From a virus: DNA of 64,000 bases. Below are positions 29,301 to 37,548 of the stretch, one piece after another. The notes under the pieces were generated by a model, which was not told the DNA's origin, did not search any database, and saw nothing but the letters and a program-made list of their open reading frames with translations. The DNA lies in the IMG/VR virus record IMGVR_UViG_3300037461_001096, positions 64,001-128,000 of that record; one strand, 5' to 3'. Positions within the stretch are counted from its first letter, which is position 1. The number at the start of each line of letters is the position of its first letter. The position numbers and the translations under genes are program-made.

Positions 29301-31079
29301 ATCTGTTGTCATTCCTTCAAAGCGGAGTAAAACAGCATCCGGGTCTTCGCTTGGCAAAACAAACCTGACTTGGTCTGCATCTGTTAATGGAAGGCCGGCC
29401 TGAAAGTCGGATAGTTTGATAGTAATTTCATCTCCGTTCCACCACCAGTCAACTCCGCCTTGCTGCCTATTACCTCCACCAGGTGTTTTGGTAGCTGCTG
29501 TCCAGCTGACAGTTGTGTTATACGGAGTAACGCCAATGGATAGGAGGTCACCGACGGTGCCAGCGTCCGATGGGATTCTCGCAACCGCTGAATAACGTTC
29601 TGTTACGACCGCGTCAGAAAAAGCTCTTCGGTTCCCGTTTGGTGCATCAAGGCGAGACAGTCCACCAACGAAAGTGGTTGAATCAGTAATTCTGTCTCCA
29701 TACAAAACAATCGATCCAGAAGAATTTGTTGACCCATAACGCTTCCAAGTAGTACGCAGGTTTCCTTTCAAAAGCTCAACCAAATTGGTCTTAAGCAATG
29801 TCCCATAGTCATAACTATCCAAGACAACATGTCGCATGTCGAGGATGTCAGTTAACGCGACCTGATCAGCAAATAAGCCGTCCGGCCTTGTTGTAACAAG
29901 AGTCAATGAGGCCCCCATTTTGTGATCTCGAATCACAGTTTGAAGGGCTCCGCGACTAATGTTTACAACATATGCAGTCGGACTTGTCTGAACAATGCTG
30001 TCAACCTTAATGACCTCATCATCGATCTTAAAATACGCCTCACCAAAGTTTGTCATAGTGGTGAGAACTGTCCCAACAATGCTTGTCAGAGTGAACGAAA
30101 AATCGGTGGCGAGCAGATCTGATGGTAGAGATACGCCTGTTGTATAAATAGTCACCCCGTTTCTATCAGAAGCTTGGCTATTTCTATTGAAGGCTCCAGA
30201 AAGATTCCCAATGTCAGAAAACCCAGCGGAGTTTCGCCGGAATACCGTGCAAAGTGGAATTGCGTACACATATCCGTCTACAGTTCCAAATGTAGACGGA
30301 TCCCCCGTCCCAGCCCTCCACAACCCTGGGTCTCCAAGAGTTTGGCGCATGTTCTGAAATGCTGTAGAACTTGGAGACGATAGCATGCCTTGGGCAAAAA
30401 CAAGGGTTGGGTCAAATCCCTCCGGATTCTGCGCCATGTTAACATCTGCAACGACTCGAATCCTATATTGGATTTGAACACGTCCAGTTGTCTCATAATT
30501 AAGATCTGGATCAACAATGCCGTCCGGCAAAAATGAGAAACCACCCTCAACGTTCCCAAAGCGCCACACATATCCGCGCTGGGGTTTGCCTGGAGCGACA
30601 GCCGAAGTAGGGTCTGAATCAATTCTAGCAAGCCATACCTCAAGAAACACAAATTCAGCGCGGTTACCACCTGTAGATGTGTTCGGAGGATTAAGAGCAA
30701 TTTTATTCCATGTATCAACATCATTTGGGACAAGGGGAGGGCTTCCAGTGCGTGTTCCAGCCACCGGGACCATCCACCCGTTTACGACTGCCCAAGCAAG
30801 ATTTCTAATCTCAGTTGATGAATTTCGTCCGAAATAAAACTGATTTGAATATGAAGCATCAGTTTTGAAATCCCCATATGGATTTGATAAATCCGCTAAC
30901 CAACCAGACGGATACCTCGACCTCATGGTTTCGGCCCGAGCCTCGAGGTCCATAAGAGAGATTAAATTTAATTCAGCATCACAAGGTGGCTTTGTCTTTC
31001 GAAAGACAACGGTCGCAAACTGGCGATCCCTATCGTCAATATATCGTGAAACGCCTGGTCCAAGAGGATTCGTCGGCAT
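26343..31079 (-). CDS. large virion structural (tail/baseplate) protein
   Basis: 1578 aa, beta-rich. The N-terminal ~400 aa are paralogous to 31829..34393. C-terminal NGSKLQYGVDYTV module. Confidence 0.7.
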   Translation of the reverse strand: MPTNPLGPGVSRYIDDRDRQFATVVFRKTKPPCDAELNLISLMDLEARAETMRSRYPSGWLADLSNPYGDFKTDASYSNQFYFGRNSSTEIRNLAWAVVNGWMVPVAGTRTGSPPLVPNDVDTWNKIALNPPNTSTGGNRAEFVFLEVWLARIDSDPTSAVAPGKPQRGYVWRFGNVEGGFSFLPDGIVDPDLNYETTGRVQIQYRIRVVADVNMAQNPEGFDPTLVFAQGMLSSPSSTAFQNMRQTLGDPGLWRAGTGDPSTFGTVDGYVYAIPLCTVFRRNSAGFSDIGNLSGAFNRNSQASDRNGVTIYTTGVSLPSDLLATDFSFTLTSIVGTVLTTMTNFGEAYFKIDDEVIKVDSIVQTSPTAYVVNISRGALQTVIRDHKMGASLTLVTTRPDGLFADQVALTDILDMRHVVLDSYDYGTLLKTNLVELLKGNLRTTWKRYGSTNSSGSIVLYGDRITDSTTFVGGLSRLDAPNGNRRAFSDAVVTERYSAVARIPSDAGTVGDLLSIGVTPYNTTVSWTAATKTPGGGNRQQGGVDWWWNGDEITIKLSDFQAGLPLTDADQVRFVLPSEDPDAVLLRFEGMTTDPNGGMLLNITDPGPPPVQGPDIINPDTAPTVSYPTMLNGLVEYDLIGNHIMKHGQGIDVSINSSGDLVIKFNSGTDSTKLTEFDDAMYGFTSPSTDLAIATVLHIQFAVVYGAGRGLSHKPKHIHAVNWLGSPSNSSKVMTRPGLPTMNRMIPTYLGDSPLVQTGRNRTLAITSEVMIDPGSKTVYVAPYRNMLTPKLLVRSGYRLNWYGTQLSPSFQGPMPKLSQDGLTTVYSVTDPLSLFYSQRASGTANYADTRYVELPMEWMPRPGLHHIPIIPVTNGIFPSGLNFLLMSKEGPFAATNTSDWNRNLVCYPSGAPGFYIVTPVPSETYGQASGSMSIFGQKYINSTVSSASGGSFKGIQFPPFLAPARITGVYLRDPITDPVVPSPASPFDNNRIYVGGVGTSINLLRDDCDAATVLLSVDANGDLTFVLSADALDFSKAPAGTTFDNSNFLVECTLFAFDRGFLQTNARLLICKMISGGSISVDVNNFTTSSDNTVGVIVPAPMSLNYVNNEVTVYYSRMPYQGDVFGTQGSHSDDLQRIGPLSVGEAQAIFNHPLGPPNTLTLKNKAGFEILTSLPFVTSLGTGRLSGSTPIPMLSTVSNPNGVPDYAGTLVDLDRRFSLNRVGYEDWATPKFPVTAASVASRPAVKRGAMSEAYDRDLHPEFAGCVSNLPLGIYFRDKDFIGKTLYQTRSASNAALIPLGTLSFQPFQSAQDPSVAGIPRWEGTEFVCGNASNITGNGGEALIRVDGTGSTTDVYNFKTTRGGAAYSVTSPWAGSGIVAKLTKAKPNFEVGAVMSGVAYLVRSQPEVVNSSEVHPGHELQMFIVTHASPSYFRGTEVSHSASGVNEGYTAADRFRIWGRPLEKRRSGVDMDIVPTAKPMFVNDVWDDPIFFGSSDPNLGSFRQETITISSDGQTLFPDALSGSPLDPATVQAWLNGSKLQYGVDYTVGGPPLNRDITYLTSFPSLITSDVLEVFYALK

Positions 31080-31178
31080 TCGTACAGCTCCGTATTAGTC
31101 AAACGCAATAACCACCAAAAGGTCGCATAAGTGGCCTAGTTGAACCATACCCGAAAATTTAACAGCCAGACAGAAGGG

Positions 31179-31832
31179 TTATTCTCCCGTCTTAAACATC
31201 ATCATCCAATCTGACAAGTAGACTGTGTATGAAGAACCGTTATAAAATCCAACAACGAAATCATCCGGTAACGCCAGTGTTCTAAGTTCATCCGGAACAA
31301 CATCTTCGATGAGCACAAGAGCGTCGGTATACAAACTAACTTGAACATTTAACAGAGAAGGATCGATAAAATTTTGTCCTCCTTCATCGAAATTATAAAA
31401 TCTACAACTGTAATCAATGTTATTGTAGCTTGTTTCCTTAGAGCCATAAATAAACGTATTGAAGTGAAAAACGTATTTGGAAACATTAGAGACTGAATGA
31501 ACTTGTGTGTATAATTCCCCTCCAGGACGGATTGATGTGGTCTTTGCAACCCCTCCACATGTGATCAAAGTCGAGTTAACAGTATCACAGTCACTTCCAT
31601 CAATAAATTCTTCAGCAACCGGGGAGGTATCTATATATGGTTGATATAATAACTTGAGCGCTTCGAATTTAGCGTTAATGAATTGATTAATGGTAGACCC
31701 ATTCGGAAGAATAGATTCCGGAATGTCGATTGGACAGTCACATACAATAATGTCTGAAGGTATCGGAAAGACAAGCTTGGAATTTGCGACACGCCCGATG
31801 ATTGTTCCATCTGATTTGGCCAGAAACTTCAT
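31179..31832 (-). CDS. hypothetical virion-region protein
   Basis: 217-aa ORF; ATGA overlap with the upstream gene. Confidence 0.65.
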   Translation of the reverse strand: MKFLAKSDGTIIGRVANSKLVFPIPSDIIVCDCPIDIPESILPNGSTINQFINAKFEALKLLYQPYIDTSPVAEEFIDGSDCDTVNSTLITCGGVAKTTSIRPGGELYTQVHSVSNVSKYVFHFNTFIYGSKETSYNNIDYSCRFYNFDEGGQNFIDPSLLNVQVSLYTDALVLIEDVVPDELRTLALPDDFVVGFYNGSSYTVYLSDWMMMFKTGE

Positions 31833-34393
31833 TGAGTGAGTCTCCTGGAATTTATAAGATTTCCACGTGTCCTATAAATTGACACACATCCTGAACTTGA
31901 TGTTGGTAAAACCGAAATTGACGACAACGAATCCGTCCCATAGGTTGTAAACAATGCAAGGACCAAAGTTCCTGGTCGGATTTGATTTGTATCCGTTGAC
32001 ACAACTTCCATAAGTGCTGGGTAAACAGCACGATGAGGAAAATCTGAACCCATGTCTTCAATACCTCTAAACTCCACCACGTCGTTTACACCAATCCGGG
32101 GCCAGAAGTACCTTCCATCACTGTCAACAACTGTGTCCCCAACATTCCGAAGTAAAACTTCACTATTTTTCAGATAGGTAAATTTTGAGGGAACATAAGC
32201 AAAACCGCTGTTAACCGGTGCAGAGTCTGGCATGATTACACCAACAGGACTGCTTCCAACACTCCCCTCTCCATCACCATTAGCCATTGGAATTTGACTA
32301 ATTCCGTTTAAATCCCAGTCAGGAGTGTCAGGACTTGCCGACGATCCTGTCACCATTAGCATATGCGGAGATATGGCTCTAAGTCGAAGTTTCATTTGGT
32401 AAGTTCCGCTGGGAACTTCCACTGACTGATTGGCTCTAGCAGTATAAAAGACGTCATACCAAGTTCCGGGTCCAGCTGGTAGGGGAGGGGACGGAATAAG
32501 CTGAGTGTATGTAACATTTACGACTGTGTTTGCCGGAACTGTATGAGACAGTTGAATTTTTGTATATGTAGTATTGATAGTGTAGTTTGTTGTTCCATAT
32601 GATGGATTAATTCCATCATCTATTGTAACTGAACCGGACAGTCGATTAGGCAACATGACATAGTCACCAGTCGATGAGGCAAACACGTTGTCTGACTCCG
32701 ATTCACAAAGAAGAGATAGAGACAACTCCCTATGGAACCACTGTATCGACCATAGAGAACTATCCAAAAGAAGTCGTGATAAATCTGGGAGAGCCTCAAC
32801 ATAAGCCGGATCAATCCATGCATCCAACGATTCAGGCATCCATACCTGTCCGTCTTCCACGGGTGTTCTCTCGAGCCCACAGTCCCCTGGGTACCCGATC
32901 GCTAATTCAACATAGGCATACACATCTCCGGACGCGGATATGTCTGTGAAATTTATTGTGACTTCATCAGAACTCAAGTCGATAACATCTGCATAAATTA
33001 CTCCATTCGTTGGGTCAAGCCCATCCACTTCTTGGGTTGAATTTACCGTCAGTCTAAGTTTTCTGACTTCTAGAAATTTAGTCCCTGAAGGAACTAATGA
33101 TGATAAATCGACTGAGGATCCATACCAAACAATAGGCATGTCATCCATGCCTATAACTACTGTTGAATAAGGGGACATGACCTGCTTTTTGCAAACAATT
33201 GTCTCGGTCACAGCGCGATCAGAAAACAAACGCCTGACGCCGTCTGGTGTTTGACGTCCTGACGGAGCTAGCGTATTGTGAACAAATACTGAGGTTCCGC
33301 CGCAATTGCTTGGCGAAAGAATTTCTGATTGAGTCGCTAGCTGGTTTTGAATCAGATAATTGAAATTTCGAGTAAGAGCTTCTTGAAAATTACTGGTCGC
33401 GGCTTTACGTAAATCTTTCACATCTTTATCAACGATTTGGTCAGCAAATAGCCCATCAGGCCTGTCAGATGTTCCGACTGCTATTAAGACTCCACCGTTT
33501 AAATTTATGCTTCTATCAAATCCATCACTGTTTCGTCTATATACCGCGCACAATGGGATAGCATACACATAACCGTCAACTGTTCCAAGGTCAGAGGCCG
33601 ACGTAGAATCACCGTCTCCAGCTCTCCATAAACCCGGATCCCCAGTGACTCTCTCGTATGGGTATGACGTAGAATCACCGTCAACATCGCTACTATTCAA
33701 GTATGGAACTGTGTTGGCCATAACGCCATCTGGCGCTTCTGGATAAGTTCCTTCTATACTTCCCCATGAAATTACCCTGTACCTATATTGGATCTGAACT
33801 CGAGCTTGAGTTTCATCAAGATACGTCGGATCGATTAAGTCGTCAACAAGATTCCTGTTTCCAACGGAGTCTGGGGCTTTTGCGTTACCATGCCGTAGAA
33901 TTTGTCCGGATACGCTTTTGTTATCCCCAGACCCAGCTGTAACCAAAGCCCTCCAAACTTCGAGTATCACAAGTTCTGAATCTCTACCGGTTGAAGGAGG
34001 CCCAGATAGCTGGATTTTATTCCAACCATTAGTTTCAGTGTCAGAATATTCAAATCTGACACTCCATCCATTTACAACCAAATCGGATGCGGCCATCATG
34101 AACGCATTTTCATATCCAGGACTTATGGAGAACATGAAGTCTGGGCCGACAGCCGAATACTCGTAAAAATCCCCACTTAAAAAACCAGACGGGACTGTTT
34201 GACGCACATGCTGGCCGAGGCCATAAGCTGAAGTAATCTCATTCTGAAGATTTAACTCCCAGTCATTAACTGGTTTATTGAACTGGAATACGACTCCTTC
34301 CCAAGAATGATCTTCAGCCGTGTAAGCACCGGCTCCGGCAACAATGGTCTGTGGGTTTTGGCTTACACCTGGGCCAAGCTGTTTATATGCCAT
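31829..34393 (-). CDS. virion structural protein, paralog of 26343..31079
   Basis: Shares LGPGVS, ELNL, VNGW, LEVW, RVQIQYR, DPGLWRAG.GD, GTVDGYVYAIPLC.V.RRNS and RPDGLFADQ. Confidence 0.75.
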   Translation of the reverse strand: MAYKQLGPGVSQNPQTIVAGAGAYTAEDHSWEGVVFQFNKPVNDWELNLQNEITSAYGLGQHVRQTVPSGFLSGDFYEYSAVGPDFMFSISPGYENAFMMAASDLVVNGWSVRFEYSDTETNGWNKIQLSGPPSTGRDSELVILEVWRALVTAGSGDNKSVSGQILRHGNAKAPDSVGNRNLVDDLIDPTYLDETQARVQIQYRYRVISWGSIEGTYPEAPDGVMANTVPYLNSSDVDGDSTSYPYERVTGDPGLWRAGDGDSTSASDLGTVDGYVYAIPLCAVYRRNSDGFDRSINLNGGVLIAVGTSDRPDGLFADQIVDKDVKDLRKAATSNFQEALTRNFNYLIQNQLATQSEILSPSNCGGTSVFVHNTLAPSGRQTPDGVRRLFSDRAVTETIVCKKQVMSPYSTVVIGMDDMPIVWYGSSVDLSSLVPSGTKFLEVRKLRLTVNSTQEVDGLDPTNGVIYADVIDLSSDEVTINFTDISASGDVYAYVELAIGYPGDCGLERTPVEDGQVWMPESLDAWIDPAYVEALPDLSRLLLDSSLWSIQWFHRELSLSLLCESESDNVFASSTGDYVMLPNRLSGSVTIDDGINPSYGTTNYTINTTYTKIQLSHTVPANTVVNVTYTQLIPSPPLPAGPGTWYDVFYTARANQSVEVPSGTYQMKLRLRAISPHMLMVTGSSASPDTPDWDLNGISQIPMANGDGEGSVGSSPVGVIMPDSAPVNSGFAYVPSKFTYLKNSEVLLRNVGDTVVDSDGRYFWPRIGVNDVVEFRGIEDMGSDFPHRAVYPALMEVVSTDTNQIRPGTLVLALFTTYGTDSLSSISVLPTSSSGCVSIYRTRGNLINSRRLTQ

Positions 34394-34549
34394 TTCTCAG
34401 ATCGATCCAATAAGAGGGTTGTGGATTGTTTCAACAATACCGGTGTAAATTAACATATGCAACAAATAAATTTGGAGATAATAAGATGGACCTGACCTGT
34501 GCTGCTAACATTGATGAATGCCTAATAAGATTTCATATTTTCCAAACGT

Positions 34550-36460
34550 CTACGCCTGAGTTATTTGGTTATATTTACGTTTAGATGGACTTGCAAATAA
34601 AACAAATTTCTTTTTTTCTTTACCCCAAACTTTAGTATAATTATTTTCCTCTGCGTATTGACGTTCAGTTCTTCCCATTTTTACAGCGTGATTATATAAA
34701 GTTTTCTTGTGTAAAACAAACCCTTGATCGTTGACATAGCAATAATCAGGTTGCACAGTTCCGATACATAGCCAATTTGAGACTGAGTATATAGTTCCGA
34801 TATGACCATATGTCATATCGGCAAATGATACAAAAGCTTTTATGTTAGTAAAGCTAGATGATGCCAGCTTCACCGCTCTACAAATAAACCACGAAGCAAG
34901 ATTCTTTTTATGGAAATTTGGATGAATACAAAATCTGTCTAGCTCAAGCAATGAGTTTGGTTCCATTTCCATAGAAGTAGCCACTTCTTTACGTATAATT
35001 GGAGTAAACTTACATACAGCAATGAGTTCATTGTCCAAAAACGCGCCATATGAAATTTTATTGTGTCTACCAAACCCAGCATAATGGTAAGCATTTAGAA
35101 AATTTGCAGCCTCTTTTGATTCCAATGATCGAATGCTGAGTTGAGAAAAAGAAAATGAAACTGGTTCAATAACTGGTATATCACCAGTTATAAAATTTTT
35201 TATCTTATCTGCTACACATTCCGGATTTATGAAATCACGTTCAAGTAAGTATAACAACCTTGCCTGTGGTTTAGACCTTTCTAGATAGGCAAGTTTAGCC
35301 GAATCACGAGATTGTCTACCCGGTAAAGAGTGCCAGTACTCACCTTGACATTCTATGAATATATCTAAATCTGGTAAAACAAAATCAAATATCCATGGAC
35401 CAGTTGGAACTTGACTTTGATAATTCAATTGCATGGCACTCAATATTGTAGCGGTGATTTTCTCTAAAGATGATAAACGACGAATTTGCATAGAACGGTG
35501 TATGCCCATTTTATGCTGATATTTAGGGTCAAGCCACATTTCTTTGCTTTGACATGAACGTGTGTGCCTATATGCTGGATCATGCCACAATTTACAAATT
35601 GATTCAATCATACGGCGTTTGTACTCTGCATCTTGCCATCTTGCTTTAGCTGCAGCAGATGCTTTCGCCCTGTACTCAGGTTGCTTCCACTTTTCAGTAA
35701 TTATGGCCGCCAGTTGTTGGCGATATTCAGGGCTTGCCCACATCTTTTCATATTTGGCTCTAAAATCTGGGTTCAGCCACAGTTTACTTTGTGCTAACTT
35801 GCTCGCTTGTCGACGTTCTGGTGTCCAGGTTTCACGTTGTTTAATTGACTGGTTTAACCTGTAAGCCGGGTCTAGCCATTTGGCTGTCATTGCAGCAGAA
35901 ATTGCGGACCGGCGTGCTGGGTCAGCCATAACAGTAGTTTGAATAGCTGCTGCTTTGAGTCGAAATTCTGGTGTTTTGAAATCTGCTTGAGCTTGTCTAA
36001 ACTCAGGCTTACGCCAAAGTTCAAGTTTGGCTTCTCTTTGTTTCTCTGCGTATTGAGGATCTTCCCATAGTTGTTTACTAGTTTTAGACAGCTGCTCCCG
36101 CCTGGCGGGAGTTTGTGCTCGCAAACATCTCTCAATATGTTTGCGAGCAAATTCTGTATCCTTCCATAAATTCTTGCGAATGGTAATCTGCTGTTCACGA
36201 AATTGTTCATTTTGCCACATGGACTTATAAAATGAACGTTTTTCTTCAGTCCACGACCGTTTAACAACGCATGAATTACATATAACAACACCTTGCTTTC
36301 GTAAGCGTGCCTTCAGGTTGATTATTTTTATATGTAATTCACAGCCACAGTCTACACATGTAGACACCACCATTGACGCATTGTTTATTGGCTGTCCGTA
36401 TCTATTAGTAGTTTTAGTTAAGTCCAATGAAGGTAGTAATATACTAATATCAGATCGCAT
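34550..36460 (-). CDS. WxxPExR helical repeats + Vsr/DUF559-type endonuclease + Mom-like GNAT domain (free-standing)
   Basis: N-terminal CxxC..CxxC; about 16 short W-x-[DN]-P-x-[YF]-R repeats; FDFVLP...IECQGEYWHS...RDSAK; HYAG...ELDRF...SFADMTYGHIGTIYSVSNW. Confidence 0.8.
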   Translation of the reverse strand: MRSDISILLPSLDLTKTTNRYGQPINNASMVVSTCVDCGCELHIKIINLKARLRKQGVVICNSCVVKRSWTEEKRSFYKSMWQNEQFREQQITIRKNLWKDTEFARKHIERCLRAQTPARREQLSKTSKQLWEDPQYAEKQREAKLELWRKPEFRQAQADFKTPEFRLKAAAIQTTVMADPARRSAISAAMTAKWLDPAYRLNQSIKQRETWTPERRQASKLAQSKLWLNPDFRAKYEKMWASPEYRQQLAAIITEKWKQPEYRAKASAAAKARWQDAEYKRRMIESICKLWHDPAYRHTRSCQSKEMWLDPKYQHKMGIHRSMQIRRLSSLEKITATILSAMQLNYQSQVPTGPWIFDFVLPDLDIFIECQGEYWHSLPGRQSRDSAKLAYLERSKPQARLLYLLERDFINPECVADKIKNFITGDIPVIEPVSFSFSQLSIRSLESKEAANFLNAYHYAGFGRHNKISYGAFLDNELIAVCKFTPIIRKEVATSMEMEPNSLLELDRFCIHPNFHKKNLASWFICRAVKLASSSFTNIKAFVSFADMTYGHIGTIYSVSNWLCIGTVQPDYCYVNDQGFVLHKKTLYNHAVKMGRTERQYAEENNYTKVWGKEKKKFVLFASPSKRKYNQITQA

Positions 36461-36474
36461 CCCAATACATTACA

Positions 36475-37137
36475 TTAAGTGGTCAAGCGCCACGTCCATG
36501 ATAACGTGCTACTGGGTGGTTTGTTTATTGAAGGAAATGTTACATAGTTCACCAGGATATCTTTCCCGGTTACGTCAACAGTTGGATCGTACGTTCCATT
36601 TGGAGGTAAAATTGGATTCCGGAGTGCCATATTCGTATCAATATCACCACCAAGTAAACCCATTTCCGTGATGGCCCCAACTGCCTCAGATTCGGTGAAA
36701 GTGGTTGTGAAATCAACAATGTGTGTTCGAACTCCAGAAATTGACCCTCCAGCATCGATGAAATTTGTTGACGCAATGGCCTTTCTTCCTAATTCATTAT
36801 ATAATGAGCGTTGTGCAGAATTAGCTGGGGGTGGATTCATTGGGTCCCATGAAATATCCCCGGTCCCAACAGCTAGGGCGTATACACCAAAATTCGGAAT
36901 GCATTGATTTGGCGTCGCCGTTCCAGTCCCCTTCAAAAATGTGGCTAGAAGAATTCCGGCGTCCAGAGTCACAACATTTTTGTGATGACCGCGAGTCTCC
37001 TCTCCAGTTTCCGAGTTCCTAAGGACCCAAAAAACCTCGCCATTCAAATATCGCCGTGGATATTTATCAACAGAAAGACTCGACAAAGCAAACCTGGTGG
37101 GTCTGTCTTTTGCTCTCTTGAAGACTTCTCGGATCAT
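36475..37137 (-). CDS. tail-collar/baseplate-associated structural protein
   Basis: KNVVT...AVGTG...LYNELGRK...TF...EAVGAITEMGL...F..INK....WRLT pattern typical of tail-collar fibre-like domains. Confidence 0.65.
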   Translation of the reverse strand: MIREVFKRAKDRPTRFALSSLSVDKYPRRYLNGEVFWVLRNSETGEETRGHHKNVVTLDAGILLATFLKGTGTATPNQCIPNFGVYALAVGTGDISWDPMNPPPANSAQRSLYNELGRKAIASTNFIDAGGSISGVRTHIVDFTTTFTESEAVGAITEMGLLGGDIDTNMALRNPILPPNGTYDPTVDVTGKDILVNYVTFPSINKPPSSTLSWTWRLTT

Positions 37138-37146
37138 CTTGAGCTC

Positions 37147-37548
37147 CTAGACAAGAACAATTTGCGTCTCCATTGTACCAGTATCGGTAAGTATGCCGCG
37201 AATAGCGTACCCTGTCTTGTTATTTGTAAGGCCAAACCAGCTGCTATTCAGCACGGGTTTATATGAGGTGGAAAAATCTGGTGGCCAAGCCCTTCCAGAG
37301 GGTGAAGCCGGTTCAGGACCGAGAACAAATGGACGCAGCCCATTTTTGACAGATGGGCTGCGATATCTATTAGCTGTGTAAGAAACAATTGAAACTGATG
37401 AAACGTCTATCTGAACACCGTTATTTGGTCTAACGGCCGGTGAGAAAAAAACAAATCCTGGGGTTGTATCAGCTGATACAGCAGGCGTAGACGGCAGCAA
37501 ACGGAATTTCAGTATTGATACAGGATTGCCGAACCGTTCAGTACTCAT
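37147..37548 (-). CDS. hypothetical virion-region protein
   Basis: 133-aa ORF; ATGA overlap with the upstream gene. Confidence 0.6.
   Translation of the reverse strand: MSTERFGNPVSILKFRLLPSTPAVSADTTPGFVFFSPAVRPNNGVQIDVSSVSIVSYTANRYRSPSVKNGLRPFVLGPEPASPSGRAWPPDFSTSYKPVLNSSWFGLTNNKTGYAIRGILTDTGTMETQIVLV

Noticed and set aside
34394-36474. Group I intron hosting the nuclease-Mom ORF
   Set aside because: The flanking genes look complete: the downstream gene starts with the same LGPGVS N-terminus as its paralog and the upstream gene ends normally. Only 14 nt lie upstream of the ORF, too little for intron core elements.
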